A DNA stretch of 64,000 bases from Promethearchaeota archaeon. GTDB taxonomy: Archaea; Asgardarchaeota; Lokiarchaeia; Sigyniarchaeales; SOKP01. The stretch spans positions 544,001 through 608,000 of the forward strand of contig JBHLNF010000001.1 in NCBI GenBank assembly GCA_048937405.1, given 5' to 3'. The translations under genes were made by a program, and so were the position numbers. This document shows, one piece after another, positions 19,106-29,492 of this stretch (the first letter of the stretch is position 1; each line of letters begins with the position of its first letter). The notes under the pieces were generated by a model. The model saw only the letters and a list, made by a program, of their open reading frames with translations. It made no database searches and was not told the DNA's origin.

Positions 19106-19182
19106 AAATATTTTCCCTTTGAAATTTTTTTTTATTGTTATAAAATTTAATTATAGATATTTATCTAAAGCAAATATTATTT

Positions 19183-20217
19183 TTAGAATCTTTTTATTTT
19201 CTTAGGATATGCTTCAAACGACGTCCGAGGTTCTACAGAAATCCAATCCAAATTTTCTTCTAAATGTGAAAGAGATCTTAATAAATCAAAAGTTAACCAG
19301 CGTGTGGCTCTTGGATGTGCTATATAATCCCATAGACCATATTCTCCTTGTTCAGATTTTACAAAGTTGATAAAATCAGAAATCCTTTCATCATTTTTAC
19401 TTCCTCCAACTCTCCAACATAAATTTAATAAATGGGCAATGTCAAATTTTGCCATAAATGTAATAATTCCAAGGTTTCTTTCTAAACCAATTAACCGAGC
19501 TATTATAAAACCAAGATTACTTCTTAACTTTGAATCTGTTCCGAGTATTAAATCAAGAGCTCTCTTAGCTTCATCACTTTTACTATATTTTGGATGATAA
19601 GCAAGACAACTAAGAACAGTTGTAGTATTAGATCGACATCCCCATCTTGAATGGGCAAGACGGCGATATCCCGCAATACCGCCATAATTACCTGCAGATA
19701 TCCCTACAGGCCATGCACCGTCTTCTAAACGTTGTTCCATTAACCAATCAAATGAATTCTTAATTCTTTTATCAGTATAGTATCCACACATAACTAATCC
19801 TAAAAGAGGAATTGCTGTTTGAACAGGCATCATTTGATATCCAATTTCTTCATCAGTAAGTTGTTTCTTGCTTGGCATTGGCCAAGACCCGTCTTCAAGC
19901 TGTTTTGAAAAGAGAAATTCTGCTGCTTTCTGCACCACTGGATGATTTGAATCAAATCCGAAGTAGCCTAATCTCTGTAATGCCATTGAAGTTATTTGAA
20001 GGTTGTCGCTTGAAGATATTCGATTTACACCAAAAGAATCCCATGCTCCATTAGTTTTTTGGAGCTTGAATAATTCATTAACAAGTGGATCTGATTCCCT
20101 TATCTCTGACAATTCAAGCACTTCATTATCATCCTGAGGTAAGTGTAACAATTCAGTTAAGACCAAAAATCGTAAACAATATGATGGATCTGTTAATAAA
20201 AGTGGAATCCAGGTCAT
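19183..20217 (-). CDS. Prenyltransferase/squalene-cyclase-like alpha-alpha barrel protein
   Basis: QW-like repeats LQKTNGAW, KQLEDGSW, QRLEDGAW, EQGEYGLW; 4-nt overlap with upstream gene. Confidence 0.75.
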   Translation of the reverse strand: MTWIPLLLTDPSYCLRFLVLTELLHLPQDDNEVLELSEIRESDPLVNELFKLQKTNGAWDSFGVNRISSSDNLQITSMALQRLGYFGFDSNHPVVQKAAEFLFSKQLEDGSWPMPSKKQLTDEEIGYQMMPVQTAIPLLGLVMCGYYTDKRIKNSFDWLMEQRLEDGAWPVGISAGNYGGIAGYRRLAHSRWGCRSNTTTVLSCLAYHPKYSKSDEAKRALDLILGTDSKLRSNLGFIIARLIGLERNLGIITFMAKFDIAHLLNLCWRVGGSKNDERISDFINFVKSEQGEYGLWDYIAHPRATRWLTFDLLRSLSHLEENLDWISVEPRTSFEAYPKKIKRF

Positions 20218-23200
20218 TTTCCTCCCTCTAATACTTCTTTTAAATATGGTGCTGTAGGAGTGTTTAGTTTAGCTACTTCACTAGGTGGTCCTTGTGCAAT
20301 TACATAGCCTCCTTCTGGGCCTGCTCCTGGTCCTAACTCTATTAGCCAATCACAAGAAGCCAATATATGGGGATGATGTTCAATAACAACTACACTATTG
20401 CCATTATCAACTAATAAATGTAGGGTATTAATTAGCTTAGAAACATCTTCTAAGTGTTGACCAATAGTCGGTTCATCTAGAATATATTGTGTCTCTTTTT
20501 TAGAATTTTTAGATAGTTTTTTTACAATCTTAAGTCTTTGGGCTTCACCACCAGAAAGAGTACGAGCAGGTTGATTTAGTTGTAAATATTGTAGTCCTAC
20601 TTTTTTAGCATAATTTAATTTAGTAGAAATAGATTCATAATCTCCAAATAATTCATATGCTTCCTCAATAGTTAAATTATTAATATCAGGCAAGGAAATT
20701 CCTTTAAAATGAACTTGCCATGCTTCAATTTGATACCCCGATCCATTACAAGTTTCACAAGTCTCAATAATATTAGGAAGAAATTTCATATCTATTTTGA
20801 TATAACCTCCCCCTTGACAAACAGAACATCTCTTTTTTAGTTTTTTTTCATCTAAAGCTAAAATTTTTGCATCTTCAGTCTCAGAAAATATTTTTATTAT
20901 TGGAGATTCTAATCCTAAAAATTTAAGAGGACTTCCGATTTTAGATTTTGTTTGATCGATTAATATTGTCTGAGGTAAGTTACCTTCAATCTTCTCATAC
21001 TCTCCCGGGTCAATAGGTTCTCGAGATACTGATGTTGTATGTTTAATAGGTACCAAGGCTCTTCCCAACGTGTCAATTATTAGAGTACTTTTTCCTGAAC
21101 CAGAAACCCCACATACTCCTACTAATAATTTATGAGGAATCTCAATTAAATCCCCCTTTAAATTGTATTCTTTTGCTCCATAGATCTTTAACCATTTTTT
21201 AGGTTCTCGGTGTTTTTTAGATACTTCAAATTTCTTTTTTCCACTCATCCAATCTCCCGTAATAGTTTTTGCTTTTATTATATCTTCTATAGTTCCTTCT
21301 GCAACAATTTCCCCCCCATTTACTCCCGCTCCAGGGCCCATATCAATTATATAATCCGCATTATTAATAATTAAAGGATCATGTTCAATAACTATGACTG
21401 TATTTCCGTTGTCCCTTAGTGCTTTTAATACATCTAATAAATTTTCAATTTCTGGAGGAGATAAACCTCTACTAGGCTCATCAAGTAAAATTATTAAAGA
21501 TGTCAAATCACTACCCAATAATCCAGCTAGTCGCACTCTTTGAGCTTCTCCAGCAGATAAACTTTCAGCAACACGATTTAGAGTAATATAGCCTAATCCA
21601 ATTTTAAGTAAAAAATCCAAACGTGTTAAAATGATCTTATAACTGTTTTTTACAAGATCAGGAATATAATCTTCAATCTTTACATCTTTTAATATTCCAT
21701 ATAATTTGTTCAAAGAAATGTTACACATCTGAGGTATATTATAACCTTCTAATGAAATTGCTAAGTATTGAGGACGTAATTTTAATCCATTACATTCATC
21801 ACAAGTTTTTTTATCTGTATATGTACCTCCAACATCCCAATCTCTTAACCATTGTCCATAAAAACCTTGATACTGAATTAATTTCCTAGAGATTTGACCT
21901 TTCTTATTTTCAAATTCAACATCTAAAACTTCTTTATCTCCAAATAAAAATGCATCTTTTGCTTCTTTTGACATTTCAATCCAGGGTTTTGAAAAAGGAT
22001 CAAAACCATAACGAGTTGCTAAAGCTTGGACTATATAATATCCACCATTATATGGTTTACATAGATAACCTTTCGGAAAAAAACCTGGAGAGTACATGGC
22101 ACCGTTACATAATGGTTTCTCGGGGTGAATTATTAATTTATTAGGATTAGGAACTTGAAATGAACCAACACCATGGCATTTGAGGCAAGCTGCCGAATAA
22201 TTTGTAGAAATAAAATGTCGTGGTTTAGCAAGAGGTAATGAGATATTACACTTTTTACAATACCATTTTTCCTTTCTTTCCATTTTATGATTACATTTAG
22301 GACATAATATTTCTCCCATATATGAAAATATATTCGCTAAATGGAGTGTTAAACCTGTAACCCTTCCTATAGTATTTCGAAGATTCAAAAACCAACCATG
22401 GATAATCTTTTCTGGTATTATTGATGCTGTTATCCCTAGACCTTGAATCTTTTCTACTAACGCTTCGGTACTTTCTTTAGTACTTTGTCTTTCATACATT
22501 GATAAGGTTTCTAAATATCTACGTCTTGCTTCCATCTCAAGTGTATCCATTATTAGGCTGGATTTCCCTGATCCTGAAACACCTGTGACTACAGTAAATT
22601 TCTTTTTTGGGATTTTGACATCTACATTCTTAAGATTATGAGCATGAGCGTTTTGAATGATAATGTATTCTGAACTTTTTCTTACTTTCTTTTTTTTTTG
22701 GATTAATGGCATAACACGCTCTTCCATTTTTAAGGATTGAGCAGTAAGAGATTCTTCAGTTTCCATAAACTTATCTAAAGGACCTTGATACATAACTTTA
22801 CCACCATTTGGTCCTGAACCCTGACCAAGGTCTATGACCCAATCAGCAGCCCTAATTATATCAATATTGTGTTCTACGATCACAATTGTTGCTCCATTGT
22901 GGAGTAATCTATCTAAAATTGTTAATAATCCCGCTAAATCTTGAGAGTGTAATCCTGTTGAAGGTTCATCAAGAATTATTAAATGATCTTTTAAATTTTT
23001 TTTTCCAAGGTATTTTGATAATTTAATTCGCTGAGCTTCACCCCCAGATAATGTTGGAGAAGGTTGACCTAAGGAGAGATATCCTAAACCTATATCATTA
23101 AGAGCTTTTAACATTTGTCTTACTGATTTAAAATCTCCAACAGTCAATCTTTTTTCTTTATCAAAAATCTTTACAACTTCTGAAATTGGTAGATCATAGA

Positions 23201-25085
23201 ATTCTGCTATAGAATACTCCTTATCCTCAAACTGAACTTTTTCCTCAAGTATCTCTTCAGAAAATCTCTGCCCATTACAGTCTGGACATGTGATCCAATT
23301 AGAGGGTAAATATCTCATCTTAATTTCAAGGGAACCCATCCCGTTACATGTTAGACATTGTCCTTCTGGAGTATTGAATGAAAAGAACGTAGCTTTAAAT
23401 TTAGTAGCTTTGGCAAATAGCTTTCTAATAATATCAGCAATTTTAGTGTAAGTAGCTGGATTTGATCTTGGATTTTTCCCTATAGGTCCTTGATCTACCA
23501 TGATAGGTCTCAATTTTGTTCCGGTAATGTTATTACAACCTATTGGTTCTTTTTTTTTTAATGAACTAAACAAAACATCTTCTACCAATGTACTTTTTCC
23601 AGAACCAGATACACCTGTTATAACCGTTAGTCGGTTTAAGGGAATTTTAACATTAATATTTTTCAAATTATGCTTATAAGCTTTCTCAATTGTTAGAAAG
23701 AGTTGAGGTTTAGCTCTATGCTGGGGAATTATTACTCGTTCTCTCAAGCTAAAAAACTTTCCAGTAGGTGTATCTGATTTCCATAACTCTGCAGGAGTCC
23801 CAGTAAATATAATCTCACCCCCTTCTCTTCCAGCTCCCGGACCAATATCAATAACATTGTCTGCATACATGGCAGCTTGCCGATCGTGTTCAATATAAAT
23901 TATTGGACCAGCAAGATTCTGAAGTATTGGCAGTAATCGCGCAACGTCAGATGGATGTTGACCAATCGTTGGTTCATCAAGGATATGAGTAATATCTTCT
24001 AATTCACTTAATAAGGCAATAGCTAGTCGAACTCTTTGAGATTCTCCCCTAGATAATGTTGGTGAAACACGGTCTAATTCTAAATAATCTAATCCTACAG
24101 AATTTAATGAAAATAACCGTCTTTTTATTTCTTGTAATAACCTAACCGTAATCGAAAGTTCTTCTTTATAGAAATAAGCTACTAGTTCTCCAACTGATTT
24201 TGTTAAAATCTCGGGAAATAACATCCCCTCCCAAGTAACATTAGATGCAAGAGGGTGATATCCTGTTTCATTACATTGCTTGCACCCTTTTCCTTTACAA
24301 TAAGGACAATTTTTCTTAAAATGCATTGGCTCAAGATCTCCGAACCAAGTACCACATTCCACACATGCAGGCACTCGAGAAATAAGAAAATTAGATGTTT
24401 TTCCTTTAATTATTAATGAATTTGACCCTAATGAAGAGATAATTTTAACTATGTCTCGGATCTCATTAATATTAGTGCTTGTTGTTACTTGGCCAATTTG
24501 AATCTGAATATCATGAGGTTCTTTTGGATTTAATTTTGAAATTATGGATTGTCCATCCACCAAGATAGTTTCAGGACTGAATTTCTTCTTCAAAAGGTTA
24601 ATTAAGGTTTGATGACTCCCTTTTAATTTTCTTACTAAAAGAGCTGATATTGTAACTGGCTCGATATGTCTTAATCCTTCAATTTTCGCGATTATTTCAT
24701 CTTCTCTTAAAATGGATAATTTAGAACCGCAAACATGACATGTTCTATCACCAAATCTAGCATAAAGAATTTTTAATAAAGGTATAAGACCTATCGCAGA
24801 TGCCAAAATAGAATTAGGGTTTCGGTTAAGTACATTTTGACTAAGCGCTATTGTAGGTCCTAAACCAGTGATTGACCTTACTTTTGCAGGATTTAGTTTC
24901 ATCTCTTCTTTACTAACTGAAAATGCTTCTAAAAATCTACGTCTAGCTTCTTTATATAATGTATCGAATATTAGTGAGGTTTTTCCCGATCCAGAAACCC
25001 CTGTTACCACAGTAAGTCCGTCCTTGATGGTAACATCAATATCTTTTAGGTTGTTTTCTCTTGCACCTTGAATTTTTATTTCCAT
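20214..25085 (-). CDS. Tandem-fused (double) UvrA-like ABC ATPase, four NBDs
   Basis: Four GVSGSGK Walker A, four LS(R/G/A)GE(S/A)QR signatures, several CxxC zinc fingers. Confidence 0.9.
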   Translation of the reverse strand: MEIKIQGARENNLKDIDVTIKDGLTVVTGVSGSGKTSLIFDTLYKEARRRFLEAFSVSKEEMKLNPAKVRSITGLGPTIALSQNVLNRNPNSILASAIGLIPLLKILYARFGDRTCHVCGSKLSILREDEIIAKIEGLRHIEPVTISALLVRKLKGSHQTLINLLKKKFSPETILVDGQSIISKLNPKEPHDIQIQIGQVTTSTNINEIRDIVKIISSLGSNSLIIKGKTSNFLISRVPACVECGTWFGDLEPMHFKKNCPYCKGKGCKQCNETGYHPLASNVTWEGMLFPEILTKSVGELVAYFYKEELSITVRLLQEIKRRLFSLNSVGLDYLELDRVSPTLSRGESQRVRLAIALLSELEDITHILDEPTIGQHPSDVARLLPILQNLAGPIIYIEHDRQAAMYADNVIDIGPGAGREGGEIIFTGTPAELWKSDTPTGKFFSLRERVIIPQHRAKPQLFLTIEKAYKHNLKNINVKIPLNRLTVITGVSGSGKSTLVEDVLFSSLKKKEPIGCNNITGTKLRPIMVDQGPIGKNPRSNPATYTKIADIIRKLFAKATKFKATFFSFNTPEGQCLTCNGMGSLEIKMRYLPSNWITCPDCNGQRFSEEILEEKVQFEDKEYSIAEFYDLPISEVVKIFDKEKRLTVGDFKSVRQMLKALNDIGLGYLSLGQPSPTLSGGEAQRIKLSKYLGKKNLKDHLIILDEPSTGLHSQDLAGLLTILDRLLHNGATIVIVEHNIDIIRAADWVIDLGQGSGPNGGKVMYQGPLDKFMETEESLTAQSLKMEERVMPLIQKKKKVRKSSEYIIIQNAHAHNLKNVDVKIPKKKFTVVTGVSGSGKSSLIMDTLEMEARRRYLETLSMYERQSTKESTEALVEKIQGLGITASIIPEKIIHGWFLNLRNTIGRVTGLTLHLANIFSYMGEILCPKCNHKMERKEKWYCKKCNISLPLAKPRHFISTNYSAACLKCHGVGSFQVPNPNKLIIHPEKPLCNGAMYSPGFFPKGYLCKPYNGGYYIVQALATRYGFDPFSKPWIEMSKEAKDAFLFGDKEVLDVEFENKKGQISRKLIQYQGFYGQWLRDWDVGGTYTDKKTCDECNGLKLRPQYLAISLEGYNIPQMCNISLNKLYGILKDVKIEDYIPDLVKNSYKIILTRLDFLLKIGLGYITLNRVAESLSAGEAQRVRLAGLLGSDLTSLIILLDEPSRGLSPPEIENLLDVLKALRDNGNTVIVIEHDPLIINNADYIIDMGPGAGVNGGEIVAEGTIEDIIKAKTITGDWMSGKKKFEVSKKHREPKKWLKIYGAKEYNLKGDLIEIPHKLLVGVCGVSGSGKSTLIIDTLGRALVPIKHTTSVSREPIDPGEYEKIEGNLPQTILIDQTKSKIGSPLKFLGLESPIIKIFSETEDAKILALDEKKLKKRCSVCQGGGYIKIDMKFLPNIIETCETCNGSGYQIEAWQVHFKGISLPDINNLTIEEAYELFGDYESISTKLNYAKKVGLQYLQLNQPARTLSGGEAQRLKIVKKLSKNSKKETQYILDEPTIGQHLEDVSKLINTLHLLVDNGNSVVVIEHHPHILASCDWLIELGPGAGPEGGYVIAQGPPSEVAKLNTPTAPYLKEVLEGGK

Positions 25086-25101
25086 ACTATTAAAGATTCT
25101 T

Positions 25102-27609
25102 TTAATTAAGATAGGGACCTGTTTTGGACTTTTTATTCATTTTAATTTCAATTGGAGTTCCCTCTGCGATGACTTCTCCTCCTTTTGGTCCTCCATCAGG
25201 TCCTAATTCGATTATATAATCACAATATGAGAGGATCTCTGGATCATGCTCAATAATTAGAACAGTATTGCCCTCTTGAACTAATTTTTCAAGTAAATCT
25301 ATTAATTTAATTGTATCATAAAACGATAATCCAACAGTAGGTTCATCTAAAATGTAAAGAGATGACCCTTTTCTGATTTTCCCTAATTCTTTAGCCAATT
25401 TTACTCGTTGTGCTTCTCCTCCGCTAAGTGTTGGAGCAGGTTGTCCAAGTTCGATATAACCCATTCCAATCTCATCCAATATCTTAAGTACTTTTGAGAT
25501 ACCTTCTTGCGATTTAAACAACTGTGCTGCTTCATTAACAGTCATTTGAAGTACATCTGATATAGATTTTCCTTTATATTTAACTTCTAAAATTTCAAGT
25601 CTGTATCTTAATCCCTTGCACTCCTTACATGGAATTTCAAAACTAGTAAGAAAAGATACTTGTAGGTCTTGTACACCCTGCCCTTTACAAGCGGGACAAC
25701 GACCACGATCAGAATTATAAGAAAAATGTCCAGCGGTATACTTTCGTTTTTTAGCTTCACCAGTCTTTGCAAATAAGTTTCGAACCTTATCCCATATTCC
25801 TATAAAGGAACAAGGGGTTGAAGTACGAACTCGTGATATGGGTTTTTGATTAACAACAACTACTCCATCAATATTTTCCCACCCTTCTACTTGTCCAGAA
25901 TATTCTAATAAATCTCCGCCATTTTCTTCCTCTTCTTCACCATTTTCTCCCTTTTTATTAATCTTATTTTTTCCTTTTCTTCTAAAATATGGTCTCAATA
26001 AAGGAACTAATGTATCTAATATAAGAGAGCTTTTTCCAGACCCTGATACTCCAGCAATACCCACCATTACTCCTAAAGGAAATTTAATGGTCACATCTTT
26101 CAAATTGTTTGTGGTTGCATTCTTGAGTGTTAGATATTTCATATCACCTCCAATTTTCCTAACAATACTGGAATCTTTCTCAGGCAATGAAATAGTTTCA
26201 GCAAGAAATTGTCCTGTATATGATTCCTTAATCTTTTTAATTCCTTCAATTGTTCCTTGATAAACAATATTACCTCCATCAATACCTGCACCCGGACCAA
26301 TATCGATTATTTCATCTGCAATATCTATGAATCGTTTATCATGTTCAACAACAATAACAGTATTACCTAATTCCTTTAATTGTTGCAAAATATGAACTAA
26401 GGAATCTTTTTCTTTCTCATGCAAACTCATGCTGGGCTCATCTAAGATATAAACCAAGGAATCTAATCCTCCATCTAAATGAGACATTAGTGAGAGCCTT
26501 TGTAATTCTCCTCCACTTAGTGTAGGTAGGGAACGATGTAAATGTAAGTAAGATAATCCAACATTGATCATTCGGTTCAAACCTTGTTTAACATTTTCAA
26601 GCATAAATCTTCCTTGTGGACTTCTAATATCTTCATCTGTTAAATTATCAATGAAATATTTGAGTTCATCAATTGTCATTGTTGCAAGTTCCCCTATATG
26701 TCTATCCGCAATTTTTATTTCCCTTGCTTCTTCATTAATACGAAATCCTTGGCATTCATCACACTTCTTCTTAGACATATATTCTTTAGTAATTTTATTC
26801 TTTCTATATGCACTCTTACCTTCTGTCATCGCACGTTTCATATGGGGGATTATCCCTTCAAATACTCTTTCTAATTCTCCTTGAAATGTTTTTGATTCCC
26901 ACGAAAACTTAAACTTCTTACCTTTACTCCCATAAATATATAGGTCTTTAATTTCTTGTGGCAAATCCTTATAAGGAGTCTTAATGTTAAAATCAAAGAA
27001 ATTTGGAAGTTGTTCAACAAATCTTATTTGATCAGCAAAGCATCCTGATCCAGCTTTAGTAATTTGTAGTAAATTTCTATTATAATCTTGAACAATCATT
27101 TGTTCTGTAAAATGCATCTCATATCCTCGACCTTTACATGCTAAACACATCCCAGAAGGTTCATTAAACGAAAAATGCTTAATTTGCTTACGTTCTACCA
27201 CCATCCCACATAAATCACATTCCAGAGTTGATTGATTTACTGGATCTTTGCAGATTGGACAGATTAGGATTCCTTCTGTAGCATATAACATTCGGATTAG
27301 ACCATATATCCCAGTTTTAGTACCAACTGTAGATCGTGGGTTAAATACTCTTGTAGTCCTCTGCTCAACCGCCACAGTTGGGCTTAAGCCTTCAATCATA
27401 TCAAAAGGTTTTTCATCTTCAAACTTGGGAGGAAATCCAATGGACTGGAGATACCGATTCATTCCCTCATCAAATATTATATCGAATGCTAAGCTAGACT
27501 TTCCTGAGCCAGATACTCCTGTAATAAGGATCATCTTTCCCTTAGGAATATCTACATCTATATCCTTTAAATTATGTATTCTTGCTCCTCTTACTTTTAT
27601 AACATCCAT
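25102..27609 (-). CDS. UvrA-like ABC ATPase, class II (DrrC/Ecm16-like)
   Basis: GARIHNLKDIDV, two NBDs, zinc fingers; short between first CxxC and FSFN, so UvrB-binding domain appears absent. Confidence 0.85.
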   Translation of the reverse strand: MDVIKVRGARIHNLKDIDVDIPKGKMILITGVSGSGKSSLAFDIIFDEGMNRYLQSIGFPPKFEDEKPFDMIEGLSPTVAVEQRTTRVFNPRSTVGTKTGIYGLIRMLYATEGILICPICKDPVNQSTLECDLCGMVVERKQIKHFSFNEPSGMCLACKGRGYEMHFTEQMIVQDYNRNLLQITKAGSGCFADQIRFVEQLPNFFDFNIKTPYKDLPQEIKDLYIYGSKGKKFKFSWESKTFQGELERVFEGIIPHMKRAMTEGKSAYRKNKITKEYMSKKKCDECQGFRINEEAREIKIADRHIGELATMTIDELKYFIDNLTDEDIRSPQGRFMLENVKQGLNRMINVGLSYLHLHRSLPTLSGGELQRLSLMSHLDGGLDSLVYILDEPSMSLHEKEKDSLVHILQQLKELGNTVIVVEHDKRFIDIADEIIDIGPGAGIDGGNIVYQGTIEGIKKIKESYTGQFLAETISLPEKDSSIVRKIGGDMKYLTLKNATTNNLKDVTIKFPLGVMVGIAGVSGSGKSSLILDTLVPLLRPYFRRKGKNKINKKGENGEEEEENGGDLLEYSGQVEGWENIDGVVVVNQKPISRVRTSTPCSFIGIWDKVRNLFAKTGEAKKRKYTAGHFSYNSDRGRCPACKGQGVQDLQVSFLTSFEIPCKECKGLRYRLEILEVKYKGKSISDVLQMTVNEAAQLFKSQEGISKVLKILDEIGMGYIELGQPAPTLSGGEAQRVKLAKELGKIRKGSSLYILDEPTVGLSFYDTIKLIDLLEKLVQEGNTVLIIEHDPEILSYCDYIIELGPDGGPKGGEVIAEGTPIEIKMNKKSKTGPYLN

Positions 27610-27625
27610 TATATAACTCCTATTT

Positions 27626-28297
27626 TCATTTTATTTTTTGCAATACATAAGTTGTACAATCAAAACCGCTTGGATTTTTTTTTACCATTTCTATTTCTCT
27701 TAAATGTCGTCTTATCTCTTCAATCTCATCAATTTTATTATATTTTTCACGTAAAATATTAATTTTTTTTTCTAAGGGAGCATAATATTCCTTCCACCAA
27801 CACTCATCTTCCCAAGGTATTTGTTTCACTATTTTAAAACCGTATTTTGGATACTGCTTTATCTTCTTATCTACCCAATTATTAACCTCCCCAGTAATCA
27901 TATAACCATTTCCTTTTAGAATTCTAATACATTCAGTCATAACTTTCTTGAAATCAAGAAGATGTATTACTCCTTCCTCCCAGAGAATATCAAATGTCTC
28001 ATCTGCGAATTGAGTATCATATGCAGATCGATTAAATATTTTTACTCTATTTTTAAGTCCTTTTTCCTTAATCTTTTGATTTAATTTATCTAAGGCATCC
28101 TGATTGACATCAATCCCGATTATTTCTCCATTGCTTAGCTCGGCTAGCTCTAAGGTGGGCATACCTGTTCCACATCCAATATCAAGGATATGAGGTTTAT
28201 CCATCTCAGGAATACTTTTAAATGCTTCTCTCGTATATTTAAGAAACACTGAACGAAAACCTTCAACATCTAAATCATTCAATATTTCTTCAGACAT
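27626..28297 (-). CDS. Class I SAM-dependent methyltransferase
   Basis: ILDIGCGTG, FDILWEEG. Confidence 0.9.
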   Translation of the reverse strand: MSEEILNDLDVEGFRSVFLKYTREAFKSIPEMDKPHILDIGCGTGMPTLELAELSNGEIIGIDVNQDALDKLNQKIKEKGLKNRVKIFNRSAYDTQFADETFDILWEEGVIHLLDFKKVMTECIRILKGNGYMITGEVNNWVDKKIKQYPKYGFKIVKQIPWEDECWWKEYYAPLEKKINILREKYNKIDEIEEIRRHLREIEMVKKNPSGFDCTTYVLQKIK

Positions 28298-28315
28298 TTA
28301 TATTCACCTTTTCTT

Positions 28316-29482
28316 TTAAATTGCATTTTTTATAATTTCCCAAGCGTTTGTTTCTAAATCACACCATTCCTGAATACCTTTATTTATCTCAGGAATACGT
28401 TGTCTCCATGAATTAGTTTCCTTCAGAGCACCTTTTAAAGCTATTTCAGCTTCTTCATCAATCTTTACTAATTGTTTTTGATAGTCTTTTTCACCTTTTT
28501 CGGTAATATCCCCACTCTTTAGATATAATTCTCTCAATTTTGCTATATTAGGTAAATCATCTGGTAGTATTTGATGCTCTACTTCTCTCAATTTAATTAT
28601 TATATTATCATAAACATCAGCAGCTTTTAGGAGACCATCATTATTTAGGAGTTCTCCCGCCTCTTTCAAGAAATCTCGATATAATATGCGGAACATAGCA
28701 CCTCCAGTACCACCAGTCTCCATATAAATAAACACACTGACTAAGCCATATAATAGATCATTATCATTAAAGCCGGCCCACGTAGGGAGCATTTCACGCC
28801 ATTTCTGAAATCCTTTCAACCCCATATTACGTATAGGGGGATTAAACATAAAATTTGCATTTGCTTTAATTGATGCTGGAATGCTTTTTTTAATATCCTT
28901 CACTTTTTTTGGCAGTATTATTTCAACTAACTTGTTTTTCGCAGGAAATGGTGCATACTTGCTTGCTCTAGCAGTTTTAAGTTGAGAATATGTCATTATA
29001 TGCGGATTAGCATATCTATCCGATATATATGCTTCATCTTTATCTTCATCTATCCCATATATTACAAAAGTATGGGCTCCAAAGTGCCCTGAACCTTCAT
29101 TTGGTATGGGTGTTCCCTCTGCAAAGAAGAAAGGTAAGTATGCAAAATCAACAAACGTTATAGTTGGCTGTCCCTTTTGTAATATACTTACCAAATTATT
29201 GTGTGCTGAATTTATAGAGGCAGTTTCTGTTATTTTCACATTCCCTCCTAAAAGAGGTAGCATCCTTTCAAAAATTTCAGTATTTTTTACACTCATTCCT
29301 AACACCATTGGAAAGGGCATATTTTTCATATAGAAATAAAAAAAACCCAGTCCTGAACACAAACCTAAAATCATTGGTTCAGAAATGTCTATATTATAAT
29401 ATGCAAGCACTTTCCTTAAACTCGATAGCTGACAATTTGCACCAGCCATATGTTTAAAATCGTCTATTACTATTCTAACCAT
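28316..29482 (-). CDS. BtrH N-terminal domain/DUF4872 papain-like protein
   Basis: HMAGANCQLSSLRKVL, SEPMILGL, HFGAHTFVIYGID, ETGGTGGAMFR..Y..FL. Confidence 0.8.
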   Translation of the reverse strand: MVRIVIDDFKHMAGANCQLSSLRKVLAYYNIDISEPMILGLCSGLGFFYFYMKNMPFPMVLGMSVKNTEIFERMLPLLGGNVKITETASINSAHNNLVSILQKGQPTITFVDFAYLPFFFAEGTPIPNEGSGHFGAHTFVIYGIDEDKDEAYISDRYANPHIMTYSQLKTARASKYAPFPAKNKLVEIILPKKVKDIKKSIPASIKANANFMFNPPIRNMGLKGFQKWREMLPTWAGFNDNDLLYGLVSVFIYMETGGTGGAMFRILYRDFLKEAGELLNNDGLLKAADVYDNIIIKLREVEHQILPDDLPNIAKLRELYLKSGDITEKGEKDYQKQLVKIDEEAEIALKGALKETNSWRQRIPEINKGIQEWCDLETNAWEIIKNAI

Positions 29483-29492
29483 TTTTTTACAC

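Noticed and set aside
20214-27609. Canonical nucleotide-excision-repair uvrA
   Set aside because: No uvrB or uvrC nearby, the UvrB-binding region is short or absent, and the context is accessory, so no gene symbol was assigned
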